Assembly: GCA_045606105.1 (NCBI GenBank)
Contig: JAZURI010000002.1
Coordinates: forward strand, 256,001-320,000
DNA from: Spirochaetia bacterium
GTDB lineage: Bacteria > Spirochaetota > Spirochaetia > CADAEX01
Length of the DNA: 64,000 bases
Reading direction: 5' to 3'
In this document: piece by piece, positions 36,334 to 49,136 of the stretch
Numbering within the stretch: position 1 is the stretch's first letter
Layout: each line of letters starts with the position of its first letter
The notes under the pieces: generated by a model
Seen by the model: only the letters and a program-made list of their open reading frames with translations
The model's database searches: none
Told to the model about the DNA's origin: nothing
Made by a program: the position numbers and the translations under genes

Positions 36334-39017
36334 ACACAGTTATTATTGAAAAAATAAATCAGCTTATCAACGAGGAGAAATGGACCCGCACCACAATCGA
36401 CAACTATTCAATGGGACATTTCGAGGAGCTTGATAATTTAATCAAGGAAATCAATGATGACGAAACAAAGGAAGAGGTCATCAGGATTACAGAGGAACAC
36501 CTTGACCGCTCAAAAAACAGCATAGGAGCCCTTTACATCTCAGGAAACCTGATTCTTTCAAAACGCCTTCTGGATGATTCCAACATGCTTCAGCTCATTT
36601 CCATGTTCGGAGAGAACGGAAAATGGAACATAGTGGAAATACTCTGCAACAAGATGCTTTCCTACGGTGAAAACAAGTATGCACTGAAAGCCCTGGCCGA
36701 CTGCTACAAAAACGAAGCAAATGCAGAAAAAAAGCATGAGGTATGGGAACGTCTCATCAAGATCGATTTCGAGGAGGCCGACATAGTAAAGGCCCTGGCC
36801 GAGGAATATGAAAAGGAGGGCAACGGCGAAAAGTCCCTGGATTACTACAAGAAGGCAATCCACAGATATGCAAACAAGAAGCTGTTCGCCAATGTGAAGG
36901 AGATCTGGGACAAGCTTATCGGCAATGCATCCGACGATCCGGACTTCTTCTACCATTTCCTCAAGAAGGTGTCAAAGACCATGCCGGAAGACAAGATGAT
37001 AGAGCTTCTGGACAGCCTTTATCAGTTCTACAAGAACGAGAAGAACTGGGACAGCGCCATCGATATCCTCAAGAAAATCATTGCCATTGACAGCAAGGAT
37101 AACGAAATCAGAAAGGAAATCCTTTTCTGCTTCAAGGAAAAATACGGAAATCACAACCAGTTTGATGAATTTGTACGCCTTTCAAGCCTTTCCCAGAACT
37201 GGAGAAACATCAACGATGCAATCAGCGACTTCGAGAAGCATATTGCCTTCGATGCAGGAAACTTTGTCTACCACAAGACCTGGGGTATCGGAAGAATAAA
37301 GGGGCTGCAGGGAGAAAACATCATCATCGACTTCCTTGCAAAGAAAAACCATTCAATGTCAGTGAAGATGGCTGTAAATTCCCTTACCATCCTCAGCAGG
37401 GAGCATATCTGGGTAATCAAGTGCACAACCAGAAAAGAAGCTCTCAGGGAAAAGATCAAGAAAAATGTTGCATGGACCCTCAGGACAATCATCAAGAGCT
37501 TCAACAACGAAGCCGATCTCAAGAGAATCAAGCTTGAGCTTACACCGGGTATCCTTACCCAGAACGAATGGGTCACATGGAGAGCAGCCGCAAAGGAGGA
37601 GCTGGAAACAAATCCTCAGTTCGGAAGCATTGCAGAAAAAGAGGGCTTCTACGAGGTCCGCATCAAGCCTATTTCCGCAGGAGAGAAGGCATACAACAGC
37701 TTCAAAAGCGAGAACGAGTTCTTCAAGAAGCTTCATATCCTCCAGAAATATATTGCAAGACCTGATGCAGATTCGGAATTCCTTCCTGAAATGCTTGCTT
37801 TCTTCAGGAATCATATCAAGACCATCTCCACAGTGGACGAAAAGGTTATAGCCAGCTACCTTTTCATTTCCGGACTTGCCAATACATATGCAGACTGCAA
37901 GGTAAACATTACCTTCCAGGATCTCTATTCACGCATCAAGGACAAGGATGTGGAAGGCATCTTCATCAAGCTCAGCGACAACGACCTCAAGAAGAGCTTC
38001 CTCGAAAATGTCAGGATCAATGTGCCGGATTGGCATGAAATCTACTGCAGGCTTTTCCATCACTTCCTCTATTCATATATTCCTGAGGTTCTTATCAGGG
38101 CCGGATATACAGACCGGGTAAAGGGTCTTTTCAGGACATATCTTGAGGATTACAAGAACTACAGGGAGGGCTTTGTATGGGTATGCCAGAACGGAGCCGG
38201 ATATGACTTCTTCAACGAGCTGAAGCCTGCCGAAAACAAGATCATCACAGAGATGATTCATCTCCTGGACATCACATTCAGGGAGAGCAGCAGCAAGAAG
38301 AATGTAATTGCCAACAAGAAAATCAACAACAAGATTTCCATATACCTTTTCAAGGACAAGAATCTTGACAGCTTCCTCAATTCAGCAAACATGGATACAG
38401 CATCCAGAATCTATGACCTGCTTGTGGGAATCGAATTGCTGGACCTGAAGATCAAGCTTGCATACAGGGAGCTTATTAAGAAAAGATTCCCTAAGATTGA
38501 ATTCAGCGGTGAAAAGCCGGTGGAGGCAGTTTCCAGAGGCGGTATCATTGTTACGGAAGCTGGAATGGAAAAGAGACAGCAGAAGCTTAAATATATCCTG
38601 GAGGTGGAGATTCCGAAGAACTCAAAGGAGATCGGTGATGCCATTGCATTGGGTGACCTGAGTGAGAATGCGGAATACAAGTTCGGTAAGGAAAAGCAGA
38701 ACATGCTCAACCATGAGGTATCGGTACTTAAGGAAGAGATTGAGAAGGCACAGGTATTTGATGCAAGGAATGTCAATACAAGCAGGATTTCCTTCGGTAC
38801 AAAGGCAACACTCCTTAACCTTGATACAAACGAGAACTGCACATACACAATCCTCGGTCCGTGGGAATCACTTCCTGAAGAGAACATCATCTCCTATATG
38901 GCACCGCTGGGAGCAGAGCTCCTCAATGCCGAAAAGGATAATGAGCTTCATTTTGAAATCAACGGAAGAGAATATAACTTCAAGGTTCTCTCAATCGAAA
39001 AATCAGATCTTATCTGA
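36330..39017 (+). CDS. greA: Large (spirochaete-type) transcription elongation factor GreA with long helical N-terminal region
   Basis: C-terminal GDLSENAEY, ILGPWES, ISY.APLG; 895 aa. Confidence 0.93.
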   Translation: MNTVIIEKINQLINEEKWTRTTIDNYSMGHFEELDNLIKEINDDETKEEVIRITEEHLDRSKNSIGALYISGNLILSKRLLDDSNMLQLISMFGENGKWNIVEILCNKMLSYGENKYALKALADCYKNEANAEKKHEVWERLIKIDFEEADIVKALAEEYEKEGNGEKSLDYYKKAIHRYANKKLFANVKEIWDKLIGNASDDPDFFYHFLKKVSKTMPEDKMIELLDSLYQFYKNEKNWDSAIDILKKIIAIDSKDNEIRKEILFCFKEKYGNHNQFDEFVRLSSLSQNWRNINDAISDFEKHIAFDAGNFVYHKTWGIGRIKGLQGENIIIDFLAKKNHSMSVKMAVNSLTILSREHIWVIKCTTRKEALREKIKKNVAWTLRTIIKSFNNEADLKRIKLELTPGILTQNEWVTWRAAAKEELETNPQFGSIAEKEGFYEVRIKPISAGEKAYNSFKSENEFFKKLHILQKYIARPDADSEFLPEMLAFFRNHIKTISTVDEKVIASYLFISGLANTYADCKVNITFQDLYSRIKDKDVEGIFIKLSDNDLKKSFLENVRINVPDWHEIYCRLFHHFLYSYIPEVLIRAGYTDRVKGLFRTYLEDYKNYREGFVWVCQNGAGYDFFNELKPAENKIITEMIHLLDITFRESSSKKNVIANKKINNKISIYLFKDKNLDSFLNSANMDTASRIYDLLVGIELLDLKIKLAYRELIKKRFPKIEFSGEKPVEAVSRGGIIVTEAGMEKRQQKLKYILEVEIPKNSKEIGDAIALGDLSENAEYKFGKEKQNMLNHEVSVLKEEIEKAQVFDARNVNTSRISFGTKATLLNLDTNENCTYTILGPWESLPEENIISYMAPLGAELLNAEKDNELHFEINGREYNFKVLSIEKSDLI

Positions 39018-42775
<3,758 letters not shown>

Positions 42776-42779
<4 letters not shown>

Positions 42780-44080
42780 CGTCTCACGAACCTCACCAGA
42801 TAAAGCACCAGGGCTATAAGCAATATGACTATATCAGGCATCCACATGGAAAGGAACGGATTGACACTGCTCCTTACCCCCAGGGTATGTCCTGCAAACA
42901 TCATGCACCAATAGAAAACCGAAAAGAGAAGCCCTATCCCGAAGCCTACGGTACGGCCGCTCCTCTTGGAAAACAACCCGGCCGGAAAAGCAAACAGCAC
43001 AAAACAGAGACAGGCAACCGGGAGAGAAAACTTCTTGTAAAACTCCAGCTTGTATATCTTGAGATTCCTGTCATCATCGGAGGAGCCGACCACCTTTCTG
43101 TAATCTTCCAGACCTCTTCCGATAAGGGATACCTGCCCTCTTCTGTTCTTTTCAGAAAAGGAGGAGGCAAGGAAATAATTATACATTGAATCCTTCAGGT
43201 TCCGCCCGGCACTCAATCTCTTTTTTTCCCTATCCTTTGCCAGTTCCCCTTCCATCCTGATAATTTCGCTCCGTACATCGGCTGCACTCATTTCCCGTGG
43301 TCCCAGGGTCCTGACAGAGGAGGATATATTGGAAAGAAGTATGTTGTATATCATTTTTTCCGAGGTGAAATAATTATAATCGTGCTCCTTCTTCTGGTCG
43401 TTGGCATGGCTGAAAACATCGGAAAGCTCCAGGGAAATAACTCCGGAGCCGTCATTTCCGGTAAGGAAACGGGCCCTGTCAGCTTTAATAACTCTCTTGT
43501 TGCCATCATTGTCCTTGTCGAAAATCACTATGTCATGGATTACCGTATCTTCAATCTCACCGGTAATGATAAAGGTATCCAGATACTCCTTGACGGAATA
43601 GGGCTGAAGCTCAAGGGCGGGATTGGAATATATCAGCTCCTTGTAAAGCCTGGTATACTTGATGGTTCCATAGGGCATCAGATAATCGTTTATATAGAAG
43701 GATGCAAATGAAAAAACCACCCCTAGGACAATAAGAGGGGCGAAAATCCTGATATGCCTGATTCCCAGGGCCTGCATGGCAAGAATCTCGTTGTCTGTAC
43801 ACAGTCTGCCCACTGTCATCAGGCATGAAACCAGAGCTGCAAAAGGAAAGGAAAGGGAAATCATGGAGGGCATGAAATAGACCAGCAGCATGATCACATC
43901 CTTTATCGGTACCTTTTTTTCCAGAATCTTTTCAGCCAGAAAGAGTATCTGGTTCACGAAGAAAATGAAAAAGAAAAAAAGGAAGCATACAAAGAAGGAG
44001 AAGATAAATTCCTTCCCTATATAGCGGTAAATTATTGATGCGAAGCCTTTTCCCCTGTAGTCTGATATCTGAGAAATCAT
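42776..44080 (-). CDS. LptF/LptG family permease
   Basis: GRL..DNEILAMQALGI, KKFSLP, W.P. Confidence 0.88.
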
Positions 44081-44086
44081 TCCCGG

Positions 44087-44527
44087 TTATACACCTGTGG
44101 AGCCGAAGCCTCCGGTTCCCCTTTCGGTTTCTCCAAGATTTTCCGCAGTAATGAAATTTCCTCTCAGTACCGGAGCAATTACCATCTGGGCAATCCTGTC
44201 ACCGCGGCGGATAACAAAATCCTCTGCTCCGTGATTGATCATTATGATTCTGATTTCTCCCCTGTAATCCGAGTCGATGGTTCCGGGAGAATTGACCAGA
44301 CTGATTCCGTTCTTTATTGCAAGACCGGATCTTGGACGGATCTGTGCCTCGTAACCGGCAGGAAGCTCAATAAAAAGCCCTGTGGGAACAAGAGCCCTTT
44401 CTCCCGGCCTGATTATCATATCTTCTTCAATACAGGCCCTGATATCCGCACCTGCCGCCTCTGCAGAGGAGTACACCGGCAGAAACCCGGAATCTGCTGC
44501 CTTGCAAATTACATCTATAGTTTTCAT
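44087..44527 (-). CDS. dut: dUTP diphosphatase
   Basis: [33 protein letters not shown]. Confidence 0.98.
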   Translation of the reverse strand: MKTIDVICKAADSGFLPVYSSAEAAGADIRACIEEDMIIRPGERALVPTGLFIELPAGYEAQIRPRSGLAIKNGISLVNSPGTIDSDYRGEIRIIMINHGAEDFVIRRGDRIAQMVIAPVLRGNFITAENLGETERGTGGFGSTGV

Positions 44528-44565
44528 CAGCTTATTCTAAACAAAACAACGGTAAAAATCAAGGA

Positions 44566-44603
44566 AAATAAAAAAAGCCACACCGGTAACCGATGTGGCT
44601 CTT
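44566..44603 (-). terminator. Intrinsic terminator after pnp
   Basis: Minus strand AGCCACATCGG-tta-CCGGTGTGGCT followed by a T run. Confidence 0.85.
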
Positions 44604-44621
44604 TATCAGGTTGAATAAATA

Positions 44622-46883
44622 TTATTCAGCCTGTGGCTGTTCAGGAGCTTCCTTAACCTGTTCAGGCTCTCTTTCTCTGGCCTCTCTCGGTTCTCTTGGC
44701 TCTCTGTCAAATCTTCTGCTACGGAAACCGCCTCTTTCCCTGTCTCTCCTGTCGTCTCTTCTCTCTCTTGCCGGTTTCTCAGGCTTTGGAGGAACGTATG
44801 TAGGATCGATAGCTTCAATATAGCTGAGGTTAAGTCTTCCCATTCTGTCGATTTCTACAAGCTTAACAGGGATTTCCTGTCCTTCCTTGAGAACATCGTT
44901 GACATTTTCAACTCTTTCCTTGGCAAGTCTGGAAATGTGGCAGAGACCCTCTTTTCCAGGGAGGAATTCAACAAATGCACCGAATTCTGTAATTCTTCTT
45001 ACAACTCCGTCGTAAACCTTTCCTACTTCAGGCTTTTCAATGAAGCTCTCAACCATTGTCTTGGCCAGCTGAGCCATTTCCCTGTTCTTTCCGAAAATCT
45101 TTACGTTTCCTGCATCGTCGATATCCACTGTGGATTCTGACTTTTCAGCAATGCTCTTGATATTTTTTCCGCCGGAACCGATTACGGCACCGATCTTGTC
45201 TACATCAATCTTGAACTGAACAATCTGAGGAGCGTTTGCGGAAACACCGTCCTGCGGCTTTTCCTCGATAGCCTTGTTCATGATTCCGAGAATGTGCATT
45301 CTGCCCTCTTTGGCCTGGGCAAGTGCTCTCTTCATGATATCCTTGGAAACTCCGGCAATCTTGATATCCATCTGGAAACCTGTGATACCGTCTGTTGTTC
45401 CTGCTACCTTGAAGTCCATATCTCCGAAGTGGTCTTCCTCACCGAGAATATCGCTGAGTACAACTGTCTTTTCACCTTCTGTGATGAGACCCATGGCAAT
45501 ACCTGCAACCGGCTTCTTGATAGGAACACCTGTGTCGATAAGAGCAAGGGTTCCGGCACATACTGTTGCCATTGAGGATGAACCGTTGGATTCAAGGATT
45601 TCAGATACTACTCTGATTGTATAAGGGAAATCTGCCTTGTCAGGAATCATGGCTGTAAGGGATCTCTGAGCCAGATGTCCGTGACCGATCTCACGACGGC
45701 CTGTGGTAAGCTTTCCTGTTTCACCTACGGAGAACGGAGGGAAATTGTAGTGGAGCATGAAGTTGGAGTATCTCTTTGCTCCGTCGATGTCATCAAACAT
45801 CTGTTCGTCGCTTCCTGTACCCAGTGTACAGATTGAAAGTGACTGTGTTTCACCTCTTGTGAAAAGTGATGATCCGTGGGTTTTTGCAAGAACACCGAGT
45901 TCACATGTGATAGGTCTGATCTGAGTAGGAGTTCTTCCGTCTGAGCGGAGATTATCCTCAAGAATGGACTTTCTGATGATCTTGTATTCAAGGTCCTCGA
46001 AAACAGCACCGATCTTAGGGAGTTCCTCTTCAGGAATTTCACCTTTGAAATGTTCGAATGTTTCCTTTTTAACAGCTGCCTTTCCTTTGTTTCTTTCTAC
46101 CTTGCTAGGAAGGAAGGATGCTTCCTTGTACTTGTCGTAAGCATATTCCCATACCTTGTCGTAGAACTCAAAGCTTTCCTCTTCGGATGGAGGGAGCGGA
46201 AGCTTGGTCTTTGCGGCAAGTGCACCGAGTTCTTCCTGGGCACGGCAGATATCTGCAACCACCTGGCTTCCTCTTTCGATTGCTTCAAGCATTACATCTT
46301 CCGAAACTTCCTGGGCACCACCTTCAACCATGGTGATTCCTTCCTTGGTTCCGGCAACAACAATTTCCATTTCGGCAGCTTCTATCTGTTCGAATGTAGG
46401 GTTGATCACATATTCGCCGTTGAGGTAGCAGACTCTTACTGCAGCGGCAGGTCCGTTGAACGGAATGTCAGAAATAACTACAGCAGCGGAGGATGCAACC
46501 ATGGCTACAACATCCGGTGGGTTGATCTGGTCTGCGGAAACTACTGTCGGTACTACCTGTATATCCCTCTTGAACTCTTTATAGAAAAGAGGTCTCATAG
46601 GACGGTCGATAAGTCTGGAAACAAGAATTTCCTTATCCTTTGGTTTTCCCTCTCTCTTTAAGAAGCCCCCCGGAATCTTTCCGGCTGCATAGTATTTTTC
46701 GTTGTATTCTACCTGCAAAGGAACATAGTCAAGTCCTTCGATAGTGTCTTCTGAGCAGCATACTGTTGCTAAAACTGATGAACCGGCATAGGATGCAAAT
46801 ACGGCACCATTGGCCTGCTTTGCAAGTTTTCCGGTTTCAAGAATCAGATCTTTGCCGCCGACGTTTATTGTAACTTTTGGCAT
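44622..46883 (-). CDS. pnp: Polyribonucleotide nucleotidyltransferase
   Basis: RLIDR..RPLF, FTRGETQ, SNGSSSMA, GDMDFKVAG; KH and S1 domains; R/E-rich tail. Confidence 0.98.
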   Translation of the reverse strand: MPKVTINVGGKDLILETGKLAKQANGAVFASYAGSSVLATVCCSEDTIEGLDYVPLQVEYNEKYYAAGKIPGGFLKREGKPKDKEILVSRLIDRPMRPLFYKEFKRDIQVVPTVVSADQINPPDVVAMVASSAAVVISDIPFNGPAAAVRVCYLNGEYVINPTFEQIEAAEMEIVVAGTKEGITMVEGGAQEVSEDVMLEAIERGSQVVADICRAQEELGALAAKTKLPLPPSEEESFEFYDKVWEYAYDKYKEASFLPSKVERNKGKAAVKKETFEHFKGEIPEEELPKIGAVFEDLEYKIIRKSILEDNLRSDGRTPTQIRPITCELGVLAKTHGSSLFTRGETQSLSICTLGTGSDEQMFDDIDGAKRYSNFMLHYNFPPFSVGETGKLTTGRREIGHGHLAQRSLTAMIPDKADFPYTIRVVSEILESNGSSSMATVCAGTLALIDTGVPIKKPVAGIAMGLITEGEKTVVLSDILGEEDHFGDMDFKVAGTTDGITGFQMDIKIAGVSKDIMKRALAQAKEGRMHILGIMNKAIEEKPQDGVSANAPQIVQFKIDVDKIGAVIGSGGKNIKSIAEKSESTVDIDDAGNVKIFGKNREMAQLAKTMVESFIEKPEVGKVYDGVVRRITEFGAFVEFLPGKEGLCHISRLAKERVENVNDVLKEGQEIPVKLVEIDRMGRLNLSYIEAIDPTYVPPKPEKPARERRDDRRDRERGGFRSRRFDREPREPREAREREPEQVKEAPEQPQAE

Positions 46884-46901
46884 TGGTCAATCCTTTTTTT
46901 A

Positions 46902-47171
46902 TTATTTTCTTAATCCTAATTCTTTAATCAACTCTCTGTATTTGTCAAGGTTTGTTCTCTTGAGATACTTGAGCAGCTTTCTTCTCTGTCCTACGAGCTT
47001 GAGAAGTCCTCTTCTTGAGTTATGGTCTTTCTTGTGAATCTTGAAATGTTCGGTAAGTTCATTGATTCTTTTTGTAAAAATTGCAATCTGAACCTCTGTT
47101 GCTCCGGTATTTGCTTCGCTTCCACCGAATTTTGCAATAAGTTCAAGCTTTTCTTCTTTTGTCAAAGACAT
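46902..47171 (-). CDS. rpsO: 30S ribosomal protein S15
   Basis: [30 protein letters not shown]; AGGAG SD. Confidence 0.98.
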   Translation of the reverse strand: MSLTKEEKLELIAKFGGSEANTGATEVQIAIFTKRINELTEHFKIHKKDHNSRRGLLKLVGQRRKLLKYLKRTNLDKYRELIKELGLRK

Positions 47172-47183
47172 AGACAATCTCCT

Positions 47184-47915
47184 TTATTCTTCTTTTGTAT
47201 ACTCCAGCTTAACGTGAGTATTGTTAACATTTATTACGGCATCGGTAAAACTACCGTCCCTGAACAGCTTTATTTTATAGCTTCCGCTGCCCGGAAGAAG
47301 CTGTCTGATCTCATTTCTTGGAATTACATCCGGATCAAGACCGGAAACATCAACGGAATATCCGTTGTACATCAATTCGGACAGGATATCCAACCGCCCC
47401 TCCGTAATTAGAGAACGGATAAAGGTGCTCTTTACAGTACACCCTGAATATACAAACTCGTCCACAACCTCCACATCTACCCCGGAGCCCGCATACATGG
47501 ATTTTATCTCCGCAGAACCGGTATCATTGTTGAAGCCGCACCTGAAATCATATCCTATAACAACTTTGACAGGAATCAGGGATTCTTCGATTTTCTGAAA
47601 AAATTGCCTACCTGACAGTTTACCAAATTCATAGGAAAAGTCAATCAGTATGACGGTATCAATTCCAATATCCCTCATTATTGCAAGTTTTTGATTCTGA
47701 GTATAGATATTTCCCTGAAAATCTTTTTTGAAAATCTCATGAGGATTCTGCCTGAAGGTAAACACCACCGGAACGGTATCCTTTTCCCCGATGATCCTTT
47801 TCATCAGAGCCATGTGCCCCAGATGAATACCGTCAAAAACGCCTATGGTAAAGGCACATCTTTTTCCGGCCAGAGGCTTTTTTCCGGTAAAATCCTCCCA
47901 GGATATTATATTCAT
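47184..47915 (-). CDS. ribF: FAD synthetase (RibF N-terminal adenylyltransferase), kinase domain reduced
   Basis: IGVFDGIHLGH, GYDFRCG, STFIR; 243 aa; no PTAN kinase motif. Confidence 0.8.
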   Translation of the reverse strand: MNIISWEDFTGKKPLAGKRCAFTIGVFDGIHLGHMALMKRIIGEKDTVPVVFTFRQNPHEIFKKDFQGNIYTQNQKLAIMRDIGIDTVILIDFSYEFGKLSGRQFFQKIEESLIPVKVVIGYDFRCGFNNDTGSAEIKSMYAGSGVDVEVVDEFVYSGCTVKSTFIRSLITEGRLDILSELMYNGYSVDVSGLDPDVIPRNEIRQLLPGSGSYKIKLFRDGSFTDAVINVNNTHVKLEYTKEE

Positions 47916-48781
47916 CTTACCCCCGCCGCAAAGGCATAGTAGGGTCTTCCCTTTCTCTTTCCCACCATGGCACAGAAATTATCGCTGCCGTCAAAAAGGG
48001 CAAGCAGCTCCCCTTCCCTGGCCACCGCAGAAATGGTACGCCTGAAAGGACCGGCAAATTCACGCCCCTCCTTCAGAAGCTGTCCCACATCATCAGGGAC
48101 GGTTTCCGTAGGAAAACCGCAGAGGCTCATCCCTTCCCTGGCACTCAGGAGCCTGTAGCTTCCCGGCTCTATCCCGTCGGCGGAAAAACCTCCGATGGAG
48201 TTTCTCCTGAGAGCTGTAAGATATCCCACTGTACCGCACATGGCTGCCAGATCCCTGGCAATGGCCCTGATATAGGTACCTCCTGAGCAGCTGACCCTGA
48301 ATACCAGGTCGGGCTTGTCATAGCTGAGAATCTCAAAGCTGTAGACTGTTATCCTTTTCGGAGGAATATCCAGTTCCTTACCCTTGCGGGCAAGCTTATA
48401 GGCCCTTTTGCCGTCCACATGGACTGCGGAAAAGCTGGGAGGAACCTGCATCATGTCGCCGGCAAAGTTTACAGCCACCGCTGTTATCTGTTCAAGCTCC
48501 GGTACGGGATGTCCGCTGTTGATAACCTCCCCCTCCGTATCAAGGGTGGCGGTCTCCTCTCCGAAACGGAGAGTGGCGGTATAGGTTTTAGGCATATCCG
48601 ACATATAGGGAATGAACTTGGTTATTCTCCCCGTAAGGGCCATGAGAAGGCCGTCGGCAAAAGGGTCAAGGGTGCCGCAGTGTCCCACCTTCCTGGTATC
48701 CGTATCTTTCTTCAGCTGATACATGGCCTTGAAGGAGGAAATACCGGCAGCCTTGTTGAGAAGTACAAAACTCGAAATCAA
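47912..48781 (-). CDS. truB: tRNA pseudouridine(55) synthase
   Basis: KVGHCGTLDPFADG, QVPP.FSA..DGKRAY, GGTYIRA. Confidence 0.96.
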   Translation of the reverse strand: MISSFVLLNKAAGISSFKAMYQLKKDTDTRKVGHCGTLDPFADGLLMALTGRITKFIPYMSDMPKTYTATLRFGEETATLDTEGEVINSGHPVPELEQITAVAVNFAGDMMQVPPSFSAVHVDGKRAYKLARKGKELDIPPKRITVYSFEILSYDKPDLVFRVSCSGGTYIRAIARDLAAMCGTVGYLTALRRNSIGGFSADGIEPGSYRLLSAREGMSLCGFPTETVPDDVGQLLKEGREFAGPFRRTISAVAREGELLALFDGSDNFCAMVGKRKGRPYYAFAAGVR

Positions 48782-49125
48782 GAAAGGATATCCTCAATTT
48801 TTTTGTTTATTTCATATCCTTCCTTTATGGAATTGTCATAAAAGAAGGTAAGCCGGGGGGTAAGGCGTGTCTTGAGATTCTTTCCGATGACACCCTGTAT
48901 GAAAGGGGCTGCACTGTTGAGTCCCTCCACGCTCTTACGCACGGCAATATCGTTATCAAAGCCTGAAATATAGACCTTGGCCACGCTCAGGTCCGAGGAG
49001 CATTTAACCCTGGTTACGGAAATGAGCCGACCTACCCTGTGGTCCTTTATTTTACCGGAAAAAATCAGGTTGCTGATAATTTCCTGAATTACACTTTCAA
49101 CACGCAGAAGTCTGTATTCCGACAT
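48778..49125 (-). CDS. rbfA: Ribosome-binding factor A
   Basis: IKD.R, S.DLS.AKVY, R.TP.L.F..D.S. Confidence 0.95.
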   Translation of the reverse strand: MSEYRLLRVESVIQEIISNLIFSGKIKDHRVGRLISVTRVKCSSDLSVAKVYISGFDNDIAVRKSVEGLNSAAPFIQGVIGKNLKTRLTPRLTFFYDNSIKEGYEINKKIEDILS

Positions 49126-49136
49126 ATCCGATCACC

